A stretch of 64,000 bases of DNA from the human T2T-CHM13v2.0 reference genome, Homo sapiens: assembly GCF_009914755.1 (NCBI RefSeq), contig NC_060925.1. One strand, written 5' to 3'. Numbering within the stretch: the stretch's first letter is position 1; each line of letters begins with the position of its first letter. Positions 43,841 through 57,294 of this stretch are shown here, one piece after another. The notes beneath the pieces are model-generated. The model did no database searches and was not told the origin of the DNA. It saw nothing but the letters and a program-made list of their open reading frames with translations. The translations under genes and the position numbers were made by a program.

Positions 43841-44862
43841 GCCTGAAGTTGAGCCTCCTCCAGATCCCAGGTTCTGTCCCTCCACTGTTCCTGAATGGTT
43901 GCTGCTCTGGAGCAGAACACCCTCCCTCACCTTGGCTGCCCGTACTGGCCATGCTGGCTCTCTGGGGCAGCACGAGGAGTTCAGAGCCCCAGGCTGGACC
44001 CAGCCAGACCACTCCCCTGTGATGCTTTATGGTTCCTCTCCGGGCTCCTGAGATCAGCCACATTTTGAGAGTTTGGAGAAGGAACGTTAAGGCCAGCCAA
44101 GTGGATAAATCACATTTTTAAAAAATGGGCCAAACATGGATTTACACAATAGCTTGTGACAAATGCAGCTTCAGGGGATGATCTGGCAGGAAACATCCAC
44201 TTTTCCATAGGGCACCACAGCCCTGGTAGAAATAATGAGGGCTTTTTTTAGGATTGTAATTATTCCCAGGTGCTGACAGGCCAAAGATCTGATCACTGCT
44301 GTCACTCAGCACTCACGTGTGCACCCAGCAGGCTCTATTCTTGGGACTCCAAGTAAGCGTCCTGCTCCCAGGGGTGGCTGGCATGTCCAGTGTACGTCCT
44401 CGTGGTTCCTGACCCCCTCCTGCCCACGCACAGTCTTGGAGGGAATAGGGCACGGGAGGCTCCTGTGAGCGCAGGGCCAGGGAGGCAGCAGATCCTTGGC
44501 CAATGGTGTGTCTTTTCTCCTGCCACAGCTCTAGGGCAGGGGAGGCTTCAGGGTCTCCTGAATGTATCCAACAGGCTCATGAGGCTGGGGGTGCAGTGAT
44601 TAGTGATCGGGGCTATGAGGCTGTTGCTCAGCAGAGAAATAAGGGCCCCTACTGTACAAGCTGGAAAAGGCTGTGGTGGCTGCCCACCTGATGCTTTGAT
44701 GGTCCTGAGCGGGGAATAGAGGCCTATGGGAATGCTGAAGGCTGAATGACGCGAGTGTTGGATTCTGGGAGAATTGTCAGTGCCGACCTCTCTGCAGGAG
44801 GGATGGACTCACTCATGTGGTGCAGCTGCAGAGGGCCAGGCACAGCCCTTGGCCTTGGCATC

Positions 44863-45287
44863 TGTATTAGGCTGTCCTTGCATTGCTATAAAGAAATACC
44901 TGAGGCTGGGTAATTTACAAGAAAAGAGGTTTAACTGGCTCACGGCTCTACAGGCTGAACAGGAAGCACAGTGCCAGTATCTGCTTCTAGGGAAGCCTCT
45001 GGAAGCTTGCAATCATGGTGGAATGCAAAGAGGGAGCAGGCAGGTCACATGGCAAAAGCAGGAACAAGAGATAGAGAGTCTGGGGGAGAGGCCACACACT
45101 TTTAAATGACTGGAATCTCCTGTGAACTCAGAGAGAGAGCTCACTTATCACAAAGGAGGTGGCCCAAGCCATTCATAAGGCACCTGCCCCCATGATCCAA
45201 TAACCTCCCACCAGGCCCCACCTCCAACAGTAGTGGATTACATTTCAACATGAGATTTGGGTGGGGACAAATATCCAAACTATATCA
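44863..45287 (-). mobile_element. MSTA/MSTB solo LTR
   Basis: tgtattaggctg...ccaaactatatca. Perfect 5-bp TSD gcatc at 44858-44862 and 45288-45292. Confidence 0.92.
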
Positions 45288-46229
45288 GCATCTCACTCAG
45301 GGCTCACAACAGCCCTGTGAGGTATGTGTTAGCCCATTTCCCAGATGAGAAAAGTGAGGCTCAGAGAGGCTAAGCGACTGGCCCAGCATCCCCTGGTGAA
45401 TCCCTCCTCCACCTTTTCCACCTGGAAAAGACACCCAAACTTCCTGGCTTGTGCACCAGCCAGAGATGCCCCAACCCCACCACTCCAGGGCTGGAGTGTG
45501 AAGGGGGCTGCAGGGCAGGCCATGGGACCTTGGTTGGGTTCTGCTCACTGGGAGATGACTGAGGACCAGTGGCGTCTCTCTCCTGCCCCCATGCCACAAC
45601 TTCCTGCAAATCAAAGGGAGATTGAAGCAATTATATGGACAGCAAGGGTGAAGATTATGGCTCTGGGCCAGTGCCTGAGTGGCTCACAGAGCTCTGGGAC
45701 CAATGGGCTTCATGACATCCCTGCTCAAGGCAGCTCTGCCCCAGGCCCAGAGCAGCTGCTGGCTCCACTCATGCCCAGCTCCACCCATCCTTCTTGAATC
45801 CTAGAGGGCCCACTGCCCCGAGGAGCCCTCCCTCCACACTGAGCTCCCCTAACTCTGCCTCAGCCTTGAGGGGGATCTTGGTTCTGTACCCATCAGTTCC
45901 CCTGCACTGGGGGAATTCAGGACCCTGGACAAGATCCTCAGGGGCCAAAAGTTCAGGAGCTGAAGCTACTATCTGAAGGACCCATCTGGCCTGGGTCCTC
46001 TATCTACTGCCTCCACCTTGGACCAAACTTCACTATATCTGCCTAGACCCTGCAATCGTCCCCAATATGTCCCCTGTCTATTCTTGTCCCCTCTTCCCAT
46101 CCATTTCTATAGCAGCCAGGAGGTTCTTCATAAAAGTTGAAGCAGAGTAAGTCCCTCCCCAGCTTAAACTCTCTAGAGGCTTCCCTATTGCACTTCAAAT
46201 GAAATCTGAATGCTCATCAAGGAGTATCC

Positions 46230-46709
46230 ACTATCAGTCAGGGTCTTAGCAGGGAGCAGACCACCAAGGACCAATGGGAGAGGGTGATTGAAGGGAGGGT
46301 AATGGAGGGCAATTCACCAAGGTGTGGCAGGGATACAGGAAGGCAGCAGGGGATGGTGAGGCCACTGGGGGCCGGCAACAGTGGGGGGCTGTTTCCACCC
46401 CGGTCCAGAAGGAAGCTGTTACCAGACCTCAGAGAGAGCTGCAGCCTCAGAAGAGGGGTCACCAGATGGAGCTGGGGCTTCAAGAGAGAAAGAGAGCCAT
46501 TGCAGCTATAGTTAAGAGGGAGGGAGCCAGGGAATAAACACCCAATATCTTTCTACTCCTGTTACTTGGTCTCCTCTGGTGCTTCTAGAACACACAGAAG
46601 CTGGGGCACAAGAGGGCACAGGAGCCCTATTGATGCCATCCATTCAGATCAGTCTCCTGGCAGGAGGCTGAGGTTGGGTCTGGAGGGCACTCAGAGGATG
46701 GCAGCACAT
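46230..46709 (-). mobile_element. ERVL-type solo LTR (LTR40/LTR50-like)
   Basis: tatcagtcagggtcttagcagg...ggcaacagtggggggctgtttccaccc...cagcaca. Confidence 0.55.
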
Positions 46710-46811
46710 GTAGCCCCAAGGTCCACCCGATCTGCCCCTGCCTGTCCCTCTGACCTTGTCTCCTGCCCTCTGCTCTCACTGACTGTTTCCACTACACTGA
46801 CCTCTGCTCAG

Positions 46812-47651
<840 letters not shown>

Positions 47652-47949
47652 TGAGAGCTCAGCACAAATGTCACCTCCTCCTAGGGGCTCTCCAGACACT
47701 CATCCAGCTCTGTCCCCGCATCCTCCACCATCACTTCTGTTGCATTGTGTCCCTTCATTTGCACATAGCACACATCTCTATCTGACGTTTGTGGTTTACT
47801 TCTTGACCAGCTGGTGCATCAGCACCAAGAGATTAAGACCAAGTCTCTTTTGTTCCCTGTCATATCCTCATCACTGAGGGCAGTATCTGCATCCACAAAG
47901 TGATTAAGGAATGCTTGTTAAATGACTGTCTAATAACCAAGTGAGAGGG

Positions 47950-48200
47950 TAATGGGTAAGAGCACAGACCCTGGTGTTGGGACATAATCTGGGTTTGAAG
48001 CCCAGCTCTACCACTTTCTTAGCTGTGTGCCTTTGGTCAAGTCACTCAGCCTCTCTGAATGACTCAGTTTCTTCATCTGTTAAATGGGAATAATAAGATA
48101 ACACTCCCCTCTGGGTTGTTGTGCAGATTGAATGAATAAACATTTGGCACTGAACCTTGCCTGTAATGGTAGGTGGTAGAGGGGCATTTGCTATTTTCCT
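47950..48200 (+). mobile_element. MIR, near full length
   Basis: ctgggtttgaagcccagctctaccact...tcagtttcttcatctgttaaatgggaataata. Confidence 0.85.
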
Positions 48201-48935
48201 TATTGTTGTCCCTGATTTTGGCATCTGAGCTGCTACCTTGCTCCTCCTCTTGAGACCCCAGGCCATCTAGGGCTGAGTCTCAGCCTCTCCCCATTTCCCA
48301 CAGCTGTCTTTAAGCTGTGCGGCATTCCTGAGCAGGACGTAAGAACTCCTCCAGGCTCTGACCACTCTCCCAGCCTCGCACAGCGCCCTCCTGCCTCCTT
48401 CCCTGAGTGGCAGCTCCAAAGTCTTCCTTCAGCTCCTCAGACAAGCCCTGCCTCCCCCACCTCAGGAGGCAACATGCATGCTGCTCCTCCTGCCCCCCGA
48501 CAGCTTTCCTCTCCTCTCTCCTGCATCTCTCAGTCTCAGATCAAATATCACCTCCCCTGACCTCACCTGGGCCAGGTCAAGCCTATCATCCATCTTGGGT
48601 ACCTGCCCATCTCCTTGGCAACACCCCTGCAGGTAGTCATTAACTTTGTTAGCTAGTAAATATTTTCCTCCCCTGTGGGAAAATATTCCCTGGGTTCCGT
48701 GCTAGGGGTAGTGGGTCTTTGGGCAGCTGTTACCTGACCTAGGCATGGCATCTGATCCCAGGTTACCCTGACCCTTTCACCCAAGGCTCATTCATTCACT
48801 TCTCTCTCTAACTCCATCCCTCCCTCCCTTTTTTCCTCCCATCCCCCAAAGCATTTACCAAGTTGAGTTAATCTTTTATTTTAGGCCCTGTGCTAGGCAT
48901 TTTAGTTCTAAGATGCTGCTCCAGACCTGGGCTTC

Positions 48936-48949
48936 CAGCCCCCTAGTGG
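48936..48949 (-). promoter_or_regulatory. Candidate CTCF site
   Basis: Minus strand CCACTAGGGGGCTG matches the core CCASYAGRKGGCRS at 13 of 14 positions. Confidence 0.4.
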
Positions 48950-49226
48950 GCGTCGGAGGGGCACACAGCACAGAGTGCCAAATGTGTGAGAGGGATGAGA
49001 AGGAGATGCAGGGGAGAGCAGAGGAGGCCTTAACCCAGCCTGCTGGGTGTCTGGAGTGGGTAGTCAGAGAAGGCTTCCCAGAGGAGATATTTTGAAAGAG
49101 TTTTGAAAGACACATGAATTTCCTAGGAGCTGAGGAAACAGCATCTCAGGCATAGGGAGCAACATTTGTGGAAGACCAGAGCATTTTTGAAACTTCAGCA
49201 GCAGACAGGTGGAGGGAGGGTAGCGA

Positions 49227-50032
49227 AAAAGAAGACATTTATGCAGCCAAAAAACACATGAAAAAATGCTCGTCATCACTGGCCATCAGAGAAATGCAAA
49301 TCAAAACCACAATAAGATACCATCTCACACCAGTTAGAATGGCGATCATTAAAAAGTCAGGAAACAACAGGTGCTGGAGAGGATGTGGAGAAATAGGAAC
49401 ACTTTTAAACTGTTGGTGGGACTGTAAACTAGTTCAACCATTGTGGAAGTCAGTGTGGCAATTCCTCAGGGATCTAGAACTGGAAATACCATTTGACCCA
49501 GCCATCCCATTACTGGGTATATACCCAAAGGACTATGAATCATGCTGCTATAAAGACACATGCACACGTATGTTTATTGCGGCATTATTCACAATAGCAA
49601 AGACTTGGAACCAACCCAAATGTCCAACAATGATAGACTGGATTAAGAAAATGTGGCACATATACACCATGGAATACTATGCAGCCATAAAAAATGATGA
49701 GTTCATGTCCTTTGTAGGGACATGGATGAAATTGGAAACCATCATTCTCAGTAGACTATCACAAGAACAAAAAACCAAACACCACATATTCTCACTCATA
49801 GGTGGGAATTGAACAATGAGATCACATGGACACAGGAAGGGGAATATCACACTCTGGGGACTGTTGTGGGGTGGGGGGAGGGGGGAGGGATAGCATTGGG
49901 AGACATACCTAATGCTAGATGACGAGTTAGTGGGTGCAGCACACCAGCATGGCTCATGTATACATAGGTAACTAACCTGCACAATGTGCACATGTACCCT
50001 AAAACTTAAAGTAAAAAAAAAAAAAAAAAAAA
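49227..50032 (+). mobile_element. Young L1 (L1PA2-like, non-Ta) 3' ~0.8 kb, 5'-truncated
   Basis: Open ORF2 C-terminus ending FSLIGGN*. 3' UTR has GAG at the Ta-diagnostic site (gatgacgagttag). Pure poly(A). Confidence 0.95.
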
Positions 50033-51153
50033 GATGTGGTGTGTTAGATCCGGTGTGCCTGCAAGCTCCCCCCACCCCGAATGCATGCCTTCTGGGATGT
50101 GATGTTTTGGTTCCTCTGATCAGGAGGCTGAATCTATTTCTCCACACCTTGAATCTGGGCTTGGCTTGACAATTTGCTTTGGGCAAGATGACAATAACAT
50201 AATACAATCAGGGACTTGAAAGATGCTTGTGCGTGGGGCCAGCCTGTGACTGCCATCATTGGCTACTCAAGGATTTGAGACCATGTGGAGAGATGCCCCA
50301 TTTGAGGCCAAAACAGGTGACTGAAGCTGTCTGAGGCCATCCAGCCCCAGCTGAGCCAGCCTGGACTTGTGGGTCAGCTAGACATAACCCACAGAATCAT
50401 TAGAAATACACGTGTTTGTGTGTGTGTGTTTTCCCAGAAACTCCCCATTTGAGAGGGGATGATTTTTAATTTATAAATAAAATACACATAACATAAATTG
50501 ACCATCTTAACCATTTTTAAGTACAATATAGAGGTCAGTGGTATTAAGTACATTCATAACGTGCAACCATCACATGCATCTCCCTAACAATTTTCATCTT
50601 GCGAATATGAAACTCTATACCCATTAAACACTAACTCCCTATCCCCTCCTCCATCGTCTGCTCAGCCCCTGGCAACTACCTCTCTACTTTCTGTTTCTAT
50701 GATTTTGCCTATTCTAAGTATCTCATATAAGTAGAATCATACAGTATTTGTCCCTTTATGATTGACTTATTTCACTTAACATAATGCCCTCAAGTTTTAT
50801 CCGTGTAGCATGTGCCAGAATTCCCTTTATTTTTAAGGCTGGATCATATTATGTTGTATGTATATATCACATTTTGCTTATCCATTCATTCTTCAATGGT
50901 CACTTGGGTTGCTTCCACTTTCAGCAATTATGAATAATGCTTCTATAAACATGAGTAAATAAGTATCCCTTCCGAACTCTGCTTTCAATTCTTTTGCATA
51001 TGTACCCAGAAGTGGAATTGCAGGGTCACTTGGTAATTGTGTTTTTAACTTTGTGGGGAACTACCATACTGTCTTCCATAGTGGCTGCACCATTTTACAT
51101 TCCTACCAACAGTGCACAAGAGTTCTGATTTCTCTACATCCTTGCCACACTTG

Positions 51154-51184
<31 letters not shown>

Positions 51185-54100
51185 TTTTTTAATAGTTGCC
51201 ATCCTAATGGGTCTGAGGTGGTATCTCATTGTGATTTTGATCTGCATTTCCCTAATGATTAATGATGTTGAGCATCTTTTTATTTGCTTATTGGCTATTT
51301 GAATTTTTTTGAGAAGTCTCTATTTAAGCAATTTGCCCATTTTTGAATCCAGTTTTTGTTGTTGTTGCATTTTAGGAGTTCTCTGTATATTCTGGATATT
51401 AATCCCTTATAAAATAATTTGCAATATTTTCCCCCATTTTACGGGTTGCTTTTTACTCTGTTGACAGTATCTTTTAATGCAGAAAATTCTAAATTTTTAT
51501 GAAGTTTAATCTGTCTATTTCTTTGTATATTGCTTGTGCCTTTGCTGTCATATTCAAGAAATCATTGTCAAATCTGATGTCATGAAGATTTTGCCATATG
51601 TTTTCTTCTAAGAGTTATATTGTTTTGAGTCTTATATTTAGGTCTTTAATCTGTTTTGAGTTAATTTATGTATATGGTGTTAAGTGTGGGTCCAACTTCA
51701 TTCTTTTTCATGTGGATATCCAGTTTTTCTAGCACCATGTGTTGAAGACTGTTCTTTTGCCACTGAGTGGTCTTAGTGCCCTTATCAAAAATCGTTTGAC
51801 CATGTATGTGAGGGTTTACTTCTGGGCTCTCCATTCTACTCCATGGTCTATATTTCTGTCTTTATACCATTACCATACTGTTTTGATTACTGTAGTTTTG
51901 TAGTACATTTGTAGTCTTCCAAATTTGTTCTTTTTCAAGATTGTTTTGGCTATTGGGGTCCCTTAAGATTCCGTATGAATTTTAGGATGAGTTTTTCTAT
52001 TTCTGAAAAACACATCATTGGAATTCTGATATGAGTTGCATTGAATATGTAGATTGTTTTGGGTAGTATTGACATCTTAACAATGTTAAGTCTTCTTATC
52101 CATGAACATGGAATATTTTTCTCCTTATATCTTAAACTTCTTTCAGCAATGTTTTGCAGTTTTCATTGTACAAGTCTTTTACCTCATTGGTTAATTCCTA
52201 AGTATTTTTTTGATGCTATTGTAAATGGAATTGTTTTCAAAATTCCATTTTAAGATTGTTTATTGTTAGTATATAGAAATACAACTGATTTTTTTGGTGT
52301 TGGCTTTGTATCCTGCTACTTTGCTGAACTCATTTATTAGCTCTAAGAGTTTCTTTGTGAAATCTTTAGAGTTTTCTACATATTAGATCATATCATCTGT
52401 GAACAGAGATAATTTTACCTCTTTCTTTCCAATTTGGGTTTATTTTACTTCTTTTTAAATTTATTATTTTTTTGCCCAATTTCTCTGGCTAGAACTTCCA
52501 GTACTATGTTGAATAGAAATTTTTTTTTTCCTGATCTTAGAGGAAAAGCTTTCAGTCTTCCACCATTTAGCATGATGTTTACTCTGTGTGTGTGTGTTTT
52601 TAAATAATGGCTTTTATTATGTTGAGGTAGTTCCTTTTCATTCTTGGTTTGGTGAGTATTTTTTTTTTTATCATGAGATGATCATGTGTTTTATTTTCCA
52701 TTGAGATGATCATGTGGTTTTGTTTCATCATTCTTTTAATGAGATATATTACATTAATCAATTTTCTTGTGTTGAATTATCCTTGCATTCCAGGAAGAAA
52801 TTTTGCTAGGTCTTCGTGTATAACATTTTTATATGCTGCCAAATTTGGTTTGTTAGTATTTTGTTGAGAATTTTTACATCATTGTTCATAAAGGATATTT
52901 GTAGTTTTCTTGTAGATGACTTTGGTATCAGGGTAATGTTGGCTTAATAGAATGAGTTAGAAAGTGTTCCTTGCTCTTCACTATTTTTGGAAAAGTTTGA
53001 GAATAATTGGGAGTAGTTCTTTAAAGACTTGGCAGAATTCACCCATGAAGTTTTCAGATGCAGAGATTGTCTTTGTTGAGAGATTTCTGATTACTGATTC
53101 AATTATGTTATTATAATAGTTATAGGTCTATTCAGATTTTCTATTTCTTTGTGATCTGGTGTTCATAGATTTTGTGTTTCTAGGAATTTGTCTATTTCAT
53201 CTCGCTTATTCAATTTGTTGGCATACAGTCTTTCATAGTATTCTCATATAATTCTTTTTATTTCTGTAAAATTGGTAGCAAGGTCCCCACTTTCATTTTT
53301 TATTTTAGTAATTTGAGTCTTCTTTCTTTTTTTCTTAGTTCATCTAAGTAAAAGTTTGTCAATTTTGTTAATCTTTTCAGAGAACAAACTTTTGGTTTTA
53401 TTGGTTTTCTCTTGTTTTCGTATTATCTATTTCATTTATCTCTGCTCCAATTTTCATTGTTTTCTTCCTTCTTCTAGCTTTGGCTTTAGTTTGTTCTTCT
53501 TTTTCTAGTTTGTTAAATTGTAACATTAGGTTGCTGATTTCAGATCTTTCTTGCTTTTTAAAATGTAATCATTTGTAGCTATAAGTTTTCCTCTTAGCAC
53601 TGCTTTCACTGCATCCCATATGTTTTGGTATGGTATGTTGTGTTTTCATTTTCACTCATCTTTAAGTATTTTCAAGTTTCCCTTAGATTTCTTCTTTGAT
53701 CCATTCGTTGTTTAAGAGTGTGTTGTTTGATTCCCATGAATTTGTGAATTTTCCAGTTTTACTTCTATTACTGATTTCTAACTTTATTCCATTGTGGTTG
53801 GAGAAGATACCTTGTAATCTATATTTTGAAATATATTGAGACTTAATTTTTTGTCTAATGTGTATTTGGTCCTGGAAAACTTCCCATGGGCAGCTGAGAA
53901 GCATGTGTATGCTGTTGTTATTGGGAATAATGTTCTGTATATGTTTGTTAGATCTAGTTGGTTCATTGTGCTAAGTCCTCTATTTCTTACTTTCTTCTGT
54001 CTGGTTGTTCTATTCATTAGAACACCTTTTAAAGGACAGCTTTTCCAGTTATAGGATTCTTGATTGACAGCTTTCTCTTTTAGCACTTTGAATATATCAG

Positions 54101-54656
54101 CTTATTCTCTTCTGGCCTCCAAAGTTTCTGATGAAAAATCTGTGGATAATCTTATTGAAGATCAATTGTATGTAATAAATTCCTTTTCCCCTGATGCTTT
54201 TGTCTTTCAAAAATTTGATTATAATGCATCCTGGTGTGGCTCTTTGAGTTCATCTTACTTGGAGGTCACTGAGCCTCTTGGATGTTTACATTCATGTCTT
54301 TCATTAAATTTAGGAAGTTTTCTGACATTATTTTTTTCCAATATTTTCTGTGCCCCTTTCTCTTTTTCCCTTCTGAGACTCCCACAATGCATATATTTGT
54401 CTGCTTGATAGTGTCCCACAAGTCTCCCTTAGGTTCTATTCACTTTTCCTCACTGTTTTTCCTTTCTATTCTTCAGAATCCATAATTTCCATCATTCTGT
54501 CTTCAAGTTCATGGTTCCTTCTGCCTGCTCAAATCTGTCTTTGAATCTTTCTGGTGCATTTTTAATTTCAGTTATTGTGCTTTCCAACTCCAGAATTTGT
54601 TTCTGGTTTATTTAAGGTTTTCTATCTATTAGTATTTTCATTTTTTCATGCATAGT

Positions 54657-55488
<832 letters not shown>

Positions 55489-57294
55489 TTAATTTTTTCC
55501 TTTGAATGATCCATATTTTCCTATTTCTTTGTATGTCTTAAGATTTTTTTTTTTGTTGAAAACTGTACATTTGTACCTAGCAGTGTGGCAACTCTGGCAT
55601 CAGATTTTCCTTCTCTGGGGTTTAGTGCTTTTTTGTTATTTTTATTTTATTGATTTTTGTAGACTGTCTCTGTGTTGAGGATAAGCTTGAGGTGTAAACT
55701 TATGGTCTCTTAAGATCTTTTCTGAGCCTTTCCCTGGGCATTCATGGTCACTTTCTAATTTCCCCCATACATGCAGTTGTTTTTGAATGTCCTAGCTTTT
55801 ACTGTCTACCTCCCAAAAGGGGAAAAAAGAGAAAAACTAAGGAGGAAAAAGGGGCATTGGCTTTTAAAATTGCCTGGAACTCACTTTATTCAGAGGGAGA
55901 GACAAGTAAAAGTGGGGGAAGGTGCAGCAACAATAGCCACTTGCCTCTTTGTCTGTACTTCTGTAATCAGAAGCAGAAATTAGTGATCAGATATCCCTGA
56001 TATTTGGAGGGCAGGGTCCTGTTTTGCCCATTCTGGCTCCTGCAAGCTGTGTACAACCTACTCCAGGAACACATGCACAACTGATTACACATGGCTGAGA
56101 GGGGTGGGGAATGGATACCTGCTGCTGACTGCCATTTACTGTCTAAGCCTTTCTCTGGAAGTTGCAAGCCTTTAATATACTCTAGGGTTCCAAAATGGAT
56201 ACATGACATAGAGGCTGCCAGTGCAATTCTTGTCTAGATGGGGAGACAGATTCCTGGTATTTCCTACTCTGCTATCTTCTTAGCATATGTGTGTTTCTAA
56301 GCTCCAAGTTTTGGAATTTTTTTTATGCAGCAAAAACTAAATAATACACATGTGAAAGAGCCAAACTGGGGAGAGGGGTTGACTTCTGTGTTAGACTGGG
56401 AGTCTGAACTTTATTACAGTGACTCTAGTGCATTGAACCCGTTGGCCCGGGTTTAAATCTTAGTTCTTCTACATACCAGCTGTGGGGCTGATGAGTCATT
56501 CTGCCTCTCTATACCTTGGTTTTCTCATCTGATAAATGGGGGTGGCTTACCTGGAGCATGGTAAGTGCTCAGGAAACATTGGCTGCTGATTGTTGACCCC
56601 ACATTGTGGTTGCTGATGGTCACACATAAAGACTCTAGGACTCTGGCCTATGTCAGCTGACTCAGATCTTCAGGACCAGATGAGGTACTGGATGTGACCC
56701 TTAATCATTTGATGTGTGTTGTTGTTAGGCCATCCCATGGGTCACACGGAATCTCTGCTCCTGACCTTTTGGCCCACTCAGGCCTAACAACATGCAATAC
56801 CTTCTGGAAAGTCCAGATATTCCGTTGGGGGCAGTCTTCTCTGTCTCCATGAGCTGAGACTCATTTGGTTTTAAAATAAGAATGTGCAACATGCACAGCA
56901 ATCCAGGGAGAACATCATTCCACATGCACATGAGGCAGTAGCCATATTGTTAGGTTGTTCTTTAAATACCTGGGGGCCTTTGGGTAATGACTTTATTTAA
57001 ATGGAGTATCAGAGAAATTAGAGTTGACACCAGTGTTCCTACTACAGGCTGTGTGGCTTTATGAGAAGTTAGTAAAGCATTAAGCCAACTCCATTAACAA
57101 GGGCCTCCTAATCTGCTCTGAGACAGGGGCATTGAGACTCATTGTCTCCGTTCCCTGATTTCCCAACTCAGAGCATAGAGATGCAAAGGATGAAGATTCT
57201 AAGCAAAGGGGTGAGCAGGGGTTATTGGTTTAAAAGGGGCTGAGGTAAAGTGCTGTGAATAGGGCCTGGCATGTCTTAGTACTCAAATGATAGC

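Noticed and set aside
49168-49812. 214-aa ORF as a gene
   Set aside because: It is the C-terminus of L1 ORF2 in a 5'-truncated insertion, with an incidental upstream GTG start.
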